DNA from: Tubulanus polymorphus
Taxonomy: Eukaryota > Animalia > Nemertea
Assembly: GCF_964204645.1 (NCBI RefSeq)
Contig: NC_134026.1
Location: 25,702,150-25,766,149 of the forward strand
Direction: 5' to 3'
Length of the DNA: 64,000 nt
In this document: piece by piece, positions 49,901-62,026 of the stretch
How the letters are laid out: the number at the start of each line of letters is the position of its first letter
How positions within the stretch are numbered: the stretch's first letter is position 1
Translations under genes and position numbers: made by a program
The notes under the pieces: generated by a model
What the model was told of the DNA's origin: nothing
Seen by the model: the letters and a program-made list of their open reading frames with translations, nothing else
The model's database searches: none

Positions 49901-52900
49901 ATGTTTTATGCTTTGTTCATTGTGCATTATGTTCATTATTTTCAATATGCTGTTATTCTGTATTTCACTGTGTGCTTGTTCTTTGTCAATTTTTTCCATG
50001 TTTTGTCTTGCGTCAATTCATTAGATGTTCAATACTACGTGAATATTATCTATGGAGCAATAAATATAGGTTCAAGTTCATCCTGCAGCAGATAAGATAG
50101 TTGAACACACGAGGCGAAATCCGGTGACTAATTATCGATTACTAATTAGTACGTTCCGGTACGTCTTGCCCTGAAGACCTACGAGACTCACGCCAAATTC
50201 ATGTCTTAGACTAATGAACTCGAAGATCTTCAGGAAACACAGATAGTGCTGCGAGAACAACGCGCTTCAATGACTTAAGAACGATGCTTAAGACGCGGGA
50301 ATATGGACATTGAATGAGACACTCGAATTACCAATGACTTGTACCTCGTTTTGTGTTAAACGTTACCGATAGATTTTATTACTCGGTTCAATGATTTGCA
50401 AGAGAAATGCGACAAAACTTTACATGAACTCTTCTACTAGATCAAAGGAAACATATAGAAGGGTGAATTCTAACACCCTTCATTATTCTACTTCGATACA
50501 CTTCATCCTGAGAAATAAAGCATCTGCTTCAATATCGTCTATATTTCTACTTAATAATATTTTTAACACGCGAGGAGATCATCAGCGATAAAAGTCATTT
50601 CAATCATTGCGGCAGACACGAAATCGCATTGTTAATTGCCATCCTTAAATGGTGCTGAAATGCGAACTAATTTCTTAAGCAATTACAACATCACTCGCAA
50701 GTTGATGAGAGAACAAATATTGAGCTGATAAACTCGAATGAATGTCTAGCAATTCAACGCTAATCGAACGAGACAAGCGTACAAAATTTCAAATGTTCAC
50801 TTATTCAATAAAATGAGACTTAATCTGATAGGACAGTGGGAGTGAAGCTCATTCATCGACTTTCTTTTAGAGAATATAAACCTCGGTATTCATGGTACAT
50901 TTGTGGCGTCCTAACATGATATTCTCCGGGGTACATTCAGACCGATCAATTCACGGGAATAGTTGAGATAACATGCGCTGCTTTTTAATCTTCTAACTAT
51001 CCATCAACGTCTGACGCGATAACATTTCTTAAACAGCGCGTTTTATAGAATGATTCTCGAATTACGTGACACCGAATAATTTTTGATGAGGAATAATCGA
51101 CGAGCACTTCTAAGCAGAATAGAGCGGTTGTCTTTTGACGGATTCATAATCCGCCGTAAGAGGTGATTTCTCTCGCAGATTTAGCGACGCGGCGGTAACT
51201 TCAGCCGCCGTATCAATATTCAGAGATATTCCATCGAGAGATCGAGATAATTGAAACACCAGTGTATGAATAATCATGGATCAGTGATAGGATCGATTGA
51301 ATGATTAAATCCAGCACAGTCTTTACCCTATATACCCCAATAGTACCCAATACCAGATTTAAATCAATTTCAGAATTTTGACATCGCCATACGATGATGT
51401 TCATTAAGTACAACTTTTGAACGAAGCTACCATTTGTTTTACAAGTAAGCTAAAATGTATCATTCGTCACGGAGGACAGAATCTCTGATGAATTTCCCAG
51501 TTGGATTCCGGAATACGTAATAAATCACTGCAACTTAATTTGAATGTACAAATTGACGAACTCATTCATAAACATTACTAGAACATCGCGTAGACACAGA
51601 CACGGTTGATGACGGGAAAATAGTGAAGCTGCGTCTTACACATGATCGATTGTTATTCAATATACGATCAACCCTACATTACTCCTTCGACTATACTACC
51701 TGTAGCCTCGCCGAGAGATAAAAAACACCCGGATTGTTCTAGTACAAATCTGAGCAATAATAACACAACGATAAATTTGATCATCGTTAAAAATATAACG
51801 TTTGCAGAAATACACAGAGACAAGCGTCCATCAGTTTTTACATTTCATATTCCCGTGCGGGCGAGTTCCCAGAGATATTTTCAAATTACCTCCAAAACGC
51901 TGCAGGCTTCGACTTGTTGATTGCATATGAAGTTCTCGTCTTAATCTAATAGAATTTACTTGTAGTGTCAAATCCTCTCATTTTAATTAGATTTCGGCGA
52001 CATTCTAATTACGAAGTAGTCGCAGGAGGGATTTGAGGATTGACAGCGGAACTCCTTTCTCAGTTCAAACACTGAGATTATTTCTCCAGGAAAAAGACTT
52101 ATATGACCTAGACGTAGGTGTGATTTGGTCATTGAGATTATACGTCTTATTTCAAACATCATGAGAGATATATATGGAATATGTAGGCGCGTTAAGATTA
52201 ATATTACCTTTCAAAGAATTATGAAAAGATTTTCCCAAAGGGGCATCACCGGAAATAGAATTATCTTATGCTCTCGGTAACATTTTGCCACGGACAAATA
52301 CACCCCCACGAATCTGACGATCTATTCTTAAACTCTATAAGAAGTTGCAGACCAACTCCATATTCCGATGAAAAGAAAGTTGAACTATTCATGAGACAGG
52401 AGTGTATCAATCTAAATTATCTTTGACACCGATCGGGACTGTACAAACCTAATCCCAACTATTGTTGGCTCGGCAATGGCTATCAACAATACTTATCGTA
52501 ACTATATCCTTGTTAGTAACCATGGGAACACTGAAGTTCTCATTTCGATCTCATAAATGAGAATATTTGTTATTCAGACGCGTCAGCTTTCAGCTATATA
52601 GCCACCAGTTTTCATTTAGCCTCCCACGGCAATAATAATTTCATTTCTATAACTGCGGATTCGCAGACATCAACAAATTAAGGGAAAGTAATAGTCGAAA
52701 TATCAGATTAATATAACACCAGACTGTCTTATATCTAATAGACGAATTAACACACGAATCAACATTTCATGTCAGTCATGCGCGTATGAAATTCGGTTAT
52801 GACGAAATAATTTCATTACTGAACTGACCGTTTTGTTATAAAATGCCATCACCCCTGCGAGTGATATCAATTAACATTCGGCTGATTGAGTTATCTTCTG

Positions 52901-55900
52901 GTAGCGGCAATCTGACCCGTACTGCGGGGGAGGGGGGGTTCTGGTAATTTCATCGAATCCGATTAGAAAACTGTGATGGAAAAACAGGCGTATATAATTT
53001 AGCACGGGTAATTTGCAAACGAACGCCGACGTGGAGCCAATTAGGAACGAGACACTGAACTCGGCGCGGAAACACGCACAAAAAGTGCGATTCTATTGCC
53101 ATAGAAACCGAAATATAACAACAGGAAAATGGAAGCCAACCAAAACATAATACACATTGTCGCGAAAGGGATACTGGCTTAATAGCTAGATATCGCATTC
53201 ATTTTATAAGTGTAACCGGTAGAAAAACAGGTGGGAAATAAGTTCTGCAACTTAGCAACTTTTTTTTCAACAAACTACAGAGAACTGTGGACATACCAAG
53301 GGTTCATTAGAGATGAGTGATGCTATCATAGGAGCTAGCTGACAATAACACGTTCTGAGGATAACAAGCAAAAGTATGCTGATGATGTCAATGGAAAAAC
53401 CAAGCCCCAGGAGTTAAACAGCCATCACTTAATGATGGTTGATGATGCTGACACCAGTAGCAGTAGTGCTGGTAACGGGTGACCAGTAATGATGCGGACA
53501 TCCCCTCCGGTATCAACAACCACATCTGTAACATCTAATGACTTTCAGAAAGTGCTATAAACCATTTCTACATGACATTATCACATTCCCCCGTAATAAA
53601 ACTATCATTATATGACAATTTGAACTGATAGAGGATGTTGAGTCTGAAAATCACAAAAGTTAATAACGCTTGATTATGAATTTCTGTGTAGCAAAAACAG
53701 TGAATCATAGAAATGAAAAGTCTTTCAAAACTTTCTTTTTCAATAATAAATTGTTCTATTGCTCTGCGTATTAATGGTTGATTAAGGTCACGAACATATA
53801 TGAAAATATGACATCAACTCGCACTCTAGAGAAAAGAGCTGAAAACAATCAAGCATCATCACTATTCACATAAAAAGCACTTATGGGGAAACGTTCTTCT
53901 TTCGAGCCGTCGGCAATCTTCGTAGAAAGTCTAGCTACATGTACGAACCCATGGCACAGTACACAATGCGTCAGGATTAGCCATCAGAATATCATAATCC
54001 AAAATGTCAGTGTTTCGAAATCCGTAGGGAGAATAAATCTGTACAGGTTTCCACAGTGTAAAGCTCACCTTTCATTCGTGATTGCAGCAGTAAAGCGCAG
54101 CTGCACGAAACTTCCAACATTTGTTGATGCAGTTTAATAGCAGATGTATTCGGCTTCAGAGCTTTTTATGAGATTTTAGTTGTTCAACGTGTAGACTTTG
54201 TGCAAGAATGTTGTGAGTACAGTTGAAATATTCTAAGAATGGAAAGCTTTCCAGATTTCCAGATTCGTCAAAATAACTGCGGATTCGCAGACATCAACAA
54301 ATTAAGGGAAAGTAATAGTCGAAATATCAGATTAATATAACACCAGACTGTCTTATATCTAATAGACGAATTAACACACGAATCAACATTTCATGTCAGT
54401 CATGCGCGTATGAAATTCGGTTATGACGAAATAATTTCATTACTGAACTGACCGTTTTGTTATAAAATGCCATCACCCCTGCGAGTGATATCAATTAACA
54501 TTCGGCTGATTGAGTTATCTTCTGGTAGCGGCAATCTGACCCGTACTGCGGGGGAGGGGGGGTTCTGGTAATTTCATCGAATCCGATTAGAAAACTGTGA
54601 TGGAAAAACAGGCGTATATAATTTAGCACGGGTAATTTGCAAACGAACGCCGACGTGGAGCCAATTAGGAACGAGACACTGAACTCGGCGCGGAAACACG
54701 CACAAAAAGTGCGATTCTATTGCCATAGAAACCGAAATATAACAACAGGAAAATGGAAGCCAACCAAAACATAATACACATTGTCGCGAAAGGGATACTG
54801 GCTTAATAGCTAGATATCGCATTCATTTTATAAGTGTAACCGGTAGAAAAACAGGTGGGAAATAAGTTCTGCAACTTAGCAACTTTTTTTTCAACAAACT
54901 ACAGAGAACTGTGGACATACCAAGGGTTCATTAGAGATGAGTGATGCTATCATAGGAGCTAGCTGACAATAACACGTTCTGAGGATAACAAGCAAAAGTA
55001 TGCTGATGATGTCAATGGAAAAACCAAGCCCCAGGAGTTAAACAGCCATCACTTAATGATGGTTGATGATGCTGACACCAGTAGCAGTAGTGCTGGTAAC
55101 GGGTGACCAGTAATGATGCGGACATCCCCTCCGGTATCAACAACCACATCTGTAACATCTAATGACTTTCAGAAAGTGCTATAAACCATTTCTACATGAC
55201 ATTATCACATTCCCCCGTAATAAAACTATCATTATATGACAATTTGAACTGATAGAGGATGTTGAGTCTGAAAATCACAAAAGTTAATAACGCTTGATTA
55301 TGAATTTCTGTGTAGCAAAAACAGTGAATCATAGAAATGAAAAGTCTTTCAAAACTTTCTTTTTCAATAATAAATTGTTCTATTGCTCTGCGTATTAATG
55401 GTTGATTAAGGTCACGAACATATATGAAAATATGACATCAACTCGCACTCTAGAGAAAAGAGCTGAAAACAATCAAGCATCATCACTATTCACATAAAAA
55501 GCACTTATGGGGAAACGTTCTTCTTTCGAGCCGTCGGCAATCTTCGTAGAAAGTCTAGCTACATGTACGAACCCACGGCACAGTACACAATGCGTCAGGA
55601 TTAGCCATCAGAATATCATAATCCAAAATGTCAGTGTTTCGAAATCCGTAGGGAGAATAAATCTGTACAGGTTTCCACAGTGTAAAGCTCACCTTTCATT
55701 CGTGATTGCAGCAGTTAAGCGCAGCTGCACGAAACTTCCAACATTTGTTGATGCAGTTTAATAGCAGATGTATTCGGCTTCAGAGCTTTTTATGAGATTT
55801 TAGTTGTTCAACGTGTAGACTTTGTGCAAGAATGTTGTGAGTACAGTTGAAATATTCTAAGAATGGAAAGCTTTCCAGATTTCCAGATTCGTCAAAATAC

Positions 55901-58900
55901 ACCGAGTGAAGGATAAGAAATATTCATTTATGCTTTTTCAGAAGTGATTATTGGACATCATTGAGTGAATATGACACAGTTTTATAGCCGTAATTGCAGT
56001 GGGAATATGTACGGATGGAATGATACTCTGGTCGTAGGAATATTTATTCATGGCGCTTGTTTTTCGGGATACTCGGGATACTGTTTAGTATTATTGAGGA
56101 TGTTAAACATATCATAACAAGAAACGGATTTCGTTCACAGTATGCCTACGCATACTTGACTTAGTTTTATAGTAATGCACAAATAACTAAGGTACGACTA
56201 ATACATGAATATATCCAACCAACTCACTAAAAACATTGATATCAGTTGAGTATCTGTCCTAACATAGCTGTAATCAGAGAGATTTATTTAGTGCGAGACA
56301 CAACTCAATTTCCTGGGCAGATTACAGGGCAGGGGGTTATTTTTCCATTAGTATCATGGCAGAACTGTACATTGAGACCTGCCACAATAATAGCCAGTGA
56401 AACTACAGGTGGTGGGTGATCTGTGGTCTCGATGATCAAGGTTGACAACGGGGAAGATGCCATATGAGAAATATCGATATCTTGATGCACCTAATATCAG
56501 TCAGACTGGGAGAGTCCAGAAGTAGATTGAGAGGGAAAGTAATGAAGTCGAATCTAAAGAATTGATCTCGTAACAGATACAAGTCAAATCGGTTCCTTCA
56601 TTAAATATTTATGATCTTTCAACCTTGATATAAAGAAACATCTGGCTATTAAATAGATAACAGAAGACACTACCCGTAGCTTGGCTAGGACAAATGAATC
56701 GTACATAATGAATGACAAACATGTATATTTCCATTCGTATGGGCACAATGAAAACAACAGGATGATAAGCCATAACTGCATTACAACTAGCACACGATGC
56801 TGAAAAAAAAAATGCTCGATGAAAAACAGCAAATAGTTTAGCCGAAGCTGAACATCATAATGTAGGTTGACAAATATACGTAATGAATACAACAGGCAAA
56901 ATACTTTCAACCAGCCATTTACATGGATGCGATGCAAAAGTGTTGAGTAATGTTGCTAAAAGGGATATTCATAAAGTATCTATAAAATTCACGTTGTTAT
57001 ATCATATCATAAAGTGGTTAAAAGGCTATGATGGAAATCATCATTTCTACTGCATTTTCAATGATGTTTGTCCTGCCGAGCTCATCAATTTGTGGAATAT
57101 AGGGAATGAGATGATGCAGTAAATTGCACAATAATTAGTTTCAGAGTCAACGGATCTTTAGGAATACAGATTAATTGGTATATTTATGATGGATAAGTGA
57201 TGAGAGATGTGATATTTCATTTCGTGTCGTGGTATATCATATCAGGATCATAGAGCCAGGGATCAACTAATTTGTGGGTCGGACTGAAAAACAAACTGAC
57301 AGGTTCAAATACAGAATAATTCATTTTCTAACTATTATCCTGGTTATTGTACGTTGTCAGGAACTGTCATATGATAAATTCCGCGTAATGTTTCCCAGTT
57401 TTGCCTTTTAAGGCGATGATCCGGATTTCGTGGTGAGAGCTTGAATCTAATTATGATGAATGGCATCTAGTTCATTTAAGTTTGTCTATACAGATGCTAG
57501 AATACAGAAACTACTGATCTACTCGACAGAGATTTACAATATCAATCAGAAATCAAATTATTAAAAGCTGGTGGATTTAGAAATAGGGATCCATACGAAC
57601 ATATGTTGCTACTGTAGATGAACTGAGTCGACAAAACGGTAAGAATATTTTGAGGTAAAATTTTAGGATGAGCATACGATGGGTAACAAACACGACTATC
57701 ACATTGCAAAAAAGGAAATGCGTGTTGCCATCAATCAAAGCCAATTCCGAACTAAACTTTATCTCTAATGTTGAATTGATATTGCATTAGCTAGGCTGGA
57801 GGTAACATTCCATTGCGGTGAATAGGGTAAACTTGTAGGCAATTATAGTACCAATGTACGATTGGTTTTAAGGATAAGTAGTGTTGTTGAATTGGTGAAG
57901 CAAGATCAACGAACTAAACCAATATACCACCATACTGACAGATCAAATCAAATCAGTACCGTGTACGCCAATGGATATGATGTACACTGACTGACGTTAA
58001 ATGGTAGCAGCAGTTTTCAGATTGGAAAGTCAATCCAATAAATCCCTCAGGATTGACCCTGTGAACTGGAATTAACAAAGTTGATGACTAGTGACATATA
58101 GGCCATTGATATGATGCTTCTTTTATCAAACTTTCTGAAAATATGGATACGCATGTACAAGTAATTATGGGTTATACAGTTTGGATGTGGATCCATAGCT
58201 TGCGAAGAGAAACAGTGAAATGGCTCAGAAATACGATTCATCAGATATTTCAGAACCACATACATGATATAGATGCTAACAGTACATACCTAGTTGTTGA
58301 GTTTATACTATCTAAGCAATATGATCACTTGTTTAGCCATTATAGTTTAGTTTAGGATTCATTTCTAGCTTCAAGAGTTTATGTATCTTACATTCCTAAC
58401 AATATTATTACTGATAGTTTTGGCATGTGTTTGAATGTAAAGTATGGACAAGTGCATTTTTCAACATCCTACAGAATTGTGTCAATTACAGACTAAATAA
58501 TCGGACCCACAAAACCTATAATCTTTATTGTCTTATGTTTTGGTAAGGTGGAAGCCTTTAGGAATTGAGAAATCTATTTTCATTTTTAGCTGAATGAAAG
58601 GATAGGATAGTAAAGTAAGATATTGGAAGGAGATTTTACACTATTTAAGAATCGAGAATAGGTTTTCTGAACATGTAACAGAAAAGGAGAATAACTATAT
58701 CAAGCATGATGGGCAACACAGTGACTTGTATACACACAATCCCGCAGTCTCCTGTGAAGAATTTAAAAGCACCACTGGTGCCTCTGCCTCGCTCACCAAA
58801 TAGATACCAAGTACACCAGTGTGACTGCTGTGATGAAATACAAATCATTCACCAGTTAGAGACATTACAAATGGAACAGATTGCGGTAAGTCTTACTCAG

Positions 58901-59653
58901 GGGTCTCATAGACCAATTTCATAGAGAAATAGCCATTCCAGTTTAAACAAAAACAAATACTTTCCAATGGACTTCAATATTGCCACACATTCCTCAAAGA
59001 ATGAATAAAACTAAATCTATGCCACCAGTGAGATTGTGATTATTCAATTGAATGTGGAATTATGTAGAACTGGATAGTCTTAATAACCCAGTGAACAGGC
59101 AAAGCATTCTAAAAATAGTTTATTTAGTCACAGTCTCATAGTTTTAGAAGAATCGTACAGGACATACAGACGGAATAGGAATAACATGCTGATATGGGAG
59201 TAAAACATAGCTTTGTTGGACCAGAACCTGAAAACAGTGAAGTAATTTTATAATTACCTGTTTTTCTATGGCAAACCTTGCCAACATCTTCTCTTCAACG
59301 GACAATTCTGGATTGTTTTCTCCGAATCGTTTGTCGATGATCTTATTAGCTTTGTCTTTCTTCTTAAATTCGACCAACAGTGTTTGTTTTCGCTGGAACG
59401 ATAACGCAGTACCGTTAGAAATGCCATTTTATCCAAACATTATCACTGCTTCAAAACGGAATATCCGATCACGTACCTTAGTGATGGCCTTTGATCTAGA
59501 AAGACCAGGCATTCCTTTATCATGTTTTGAGATTCGGCGCCCGAGAACGTCATGTTTCTGGCGATTAACTTTAACTTCAAATGGATTGACTTTTTTATCG
59601 ACTTCTTTCTTTTTCCTGTGAACCTTGTCAGCGACGATCTTTCTTTTACCCAT
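40958..59653 (-). CDS. NOP14: Nucleolar protein 14; coding exons 2 and 3 are separated by a 14,184-bp intron
   Basis: NPFEVKVNRQKHDVLG, DKRFGE...EEKMLARFAIEKQ|KNHDKSNVFNL, LTHYGQSL, HFGG, DDYD, ELPYTF, HHPSLAEGNKEKL and YKKEMKGAIRELRRD. A probable non-coding first exon lies at about 60048-60130. Confidence 0.96.
49240..49374 (+). CDS. Candidate upstream coding exon of NMNAT, nested antisense in the NOP14 intron
   Basis: ATG-initiated 45 codons (MPHPSTPSPEDGVETKE...SPCKIVKE) end exactly at GAG|GTAAGA in phase 0, compatible with acceptors at 58681 and 60283. Confidence 0.5.
52649..55896. repeat. Near-identical 1,624-bp tandem duplication
   Basis: Units 52649-54272 and 54273-55896. Only two differences were noticed (53952 T vs 55576 C; 54092 A vs 55716 T). 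ATA microhomology at the junctions. Confidence 0.97.
58682..58885 (+). CDS. Candidate NMNAT exon (internal phase 0-0, or a first exon from ATG 58706/58709), nested antisense in the NOP14 intron
   Basis: taacag| acceptor at 58681, open frame KRRITISSMMGNTVTC...MEQIA, and donor GCG|GTAAGT at 58886 in phase 0. Confidence 0.5.
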
Positions 59654-60099
59654 TTTGATGAGTAGTGATTTATCTAAGAAGAAAATTAGAATATGAACAA
59701 TTTAATTCATATGGTTCTGAATGTTGTGACTGACTATTTAGGAGAGAATGGTAAGGGTAGTTGATCAAGACATACCAACGGCAATCGCTTTGGTTATACT
59801 GACTGATGAAACTGAGGGCCATGTCATATATCAGCTGCAGTATTTTGCACCATGCTGTATTTTCAGCAGTCAATCAATAAAAAATTTAATTGAATTGTAA
59901 CTGTGCCACAACACATGGATCGAAGTTAGAACCAGACACTTGACGCGTCATAAACTACACAATCAACCTTCGACTTTTTTAAATCGTGATTAGTATCGCT
60001 CCATAGCTTATTAAACATGTTAACATGTCTGAGACGTACATAATTACCGTTCAATCTGTGTTTAATCGCAAATTCTTCTAAAAATTCTGAAAAATTAAT

Positions 60100-60307
60100 C
60101 CGACATGGGCGCGGCCATCTTATTTGCTGCGGGATGACGATCGTCGACTGTAAATAAATTTCAAATGATAGATTATGACAAAGATTTTACTAGAATTAAC
60201 GAATCATTAAATCTTAGCTTCGTTATTAATTGTCTCTATTTGAAAACAATTAGTGATAATTTATGTTAAATGTTTAATTACAGTCACGTGATATTGATGA
60301 TTCCAAG
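60100..60307. promoter_or_regulatory. Bidirectional promoter region NOP14/NMNAT
   Basis: YY1-like GCGGCCATCTT at 60111-60121 oriented toward NOP14, E-box GTCACGTGAT at 60283-60292, and AAGATGG at the NMNAT ATG. Confidence 0.55.
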
Positions 60308-62026
60308 ATGGTGAATAAAGTTGTATTAATCGCTTGTGGATCGTTTAATCCGATCACTATTATGCATCTGAGGATGTTTGGTGAGTATTTGTGAGTTTAG
60401 GGATGTCGTTTGAAGTTTCATGTTTGATTTCAGTTCGGTATCGAGTACGAGAACATTCCAATGTGACGACTGTCTCGTGATTTGTAGTATGGGACATTCA
60501 ATCAAATTCATGACTTTATTGGCATTGCGTTTCAAATGTCAACAGGTACCTGTAGTCTATGCATAAAATACCCAGGCCATATAATATATGCTGATCTTAA
60601 TGTTTCAGAATTAGCCAGGGATGTATTACAGCGAAATGGAAGCTGTAAAGTTATTGCTGGAATAATTTCCCCAGTTAGCGATGGATATGGAAAGAAGGTA
60701 ATTGGATTTGGCTATTCATATTTGTTGCACCGTCACCTACTACTGACAAATGTGTTCATTTTGTTTATCTGAACAGGGTTTAGAGTCTGCAAAACATCGA
60801 TGTGCGATGATTCGTCAAGCATTGAAGTCATCAGATTGGATCAAGTATGCATCTTTCCTGAAGTCATTACTTATAGGCACAAAATTTAGGAATATAAACT
60901 TCAATCCATTTGTCAAATTGTGAATATTGCATTGCAGGTTGGACACGTGGGAATGCGAGCAAGAAAACTGGTCTGAAACAGTGAAGATTCTTCGTTATCA
61001 TAAAAACCGAATTGAAACGCGTTATAACGTGGACAATTCGACGGATGATATCAATTCTGTTATGTCTCCATCCAAACGTAGACGAGTGAACAGAAGTCAA
61101 AGCAATAAAAATAAAAGTAAGCATCAATTTTGATTTATGTCAATGTTTTCAGAATTTTTGGTATAAGTTTCATCATCATTGATTGACTGCAGTTTTCAGC
61201 TCATCATTATCAGCTTCAATGTGTCACTTCGTGTTGCCTACGGCATGCTTACAAATAAGTTTTCATTGTTCTAAAAAACAATTTTGTTTTCAGCAACTGA
61301 TAGTTGTGATTATAGTATTCCTCTGAACATGAACGATAGCGGCAATGTACAACTGAAATTATTATGCGGCGCTGATGTATTAGAATCATTCGCTGTGCCG
61401 GGTCTGTGGTCGGATGACGATGTTAGTTACATTTATTAACAAAAATATAGAAATCTTGAGTGCATCGTGAAATGAATGTATTAATGATGTGTAAATATCT
61501 CTGCAGATGGAAGAGATTGTGAGTAATTTCGGCCTGGTGTGTGTCACCCGTGGCGGAAGCAATATTGAAAAATTCATTTATGAATCTGACATATTATCGA
61601 AATACCGGGTAAATAAATAGCTTTCAGATTTCTCGCGTAAAGTAGCAGTCGTTGTTTTTTCTATGATATGATATGAAATTTGATTGTCTTGTTCTATTTA
61701 TAGGATAATATCACAATTGCAACTGAGTGGATCACAAACGATATTAGCTCAACCAAGATACGGTAAGTTACTTTTCATGAAATTATGATAATTTCAGATG
61801 ACAAGCGCTTGAAGCATGAGTTGGGAAATATTCAAAATATAGTGAACTGCGTCAAATCTAATGACTATTAAACTGGATGCTGCAATACTCGATGGATCAA
61901 ATGTAAACTGTCTTTTGAAATTTCAGGCGGTCATTACGACGAAACGAAAGTGTGAAGTATTTACTACAAGACTCTGTGATAGATTACATTAATAAACATA
62001 ATCTATACAGTGTACCGGACAAGTAA
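60308..62026 (+). CDS. NMNAT1: Nicotinamide/nicotinate mononucleotide adenylyltransferase core, 8 exons
   Basis: [48 protein letters not shown], basic NLS-like [34 protein letters not shown] and SVKYLLQD. The unspliced end reads ...VPDK*. Confidence 0.96.

Noticed and set aside
52950-55761. Duplicated 82-aa and 84-aa ORFs
   Set aside because: They recur only because of the tandem duplication; no recognisable motifs or compatible splice sites.
57600-57645. Donor-like ACG|GTAAGA on the plus strand
   Set aside because: There is an in-frame stop just upstream in phase 0; it could only be a non-coding exon and there is no support for that.
45074-59257. Transposon, endogenous virus or snoRNA cluster as the explanation for the giant intron
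   Set aside because: No ORF over about 120 aa, no RT, transposase or capsid motifs, no LTRs or TIRs, and no convincing C/D box pair with a terminal stem seen by eye. A heavily decayed element cannot be excluded without BLASTX.
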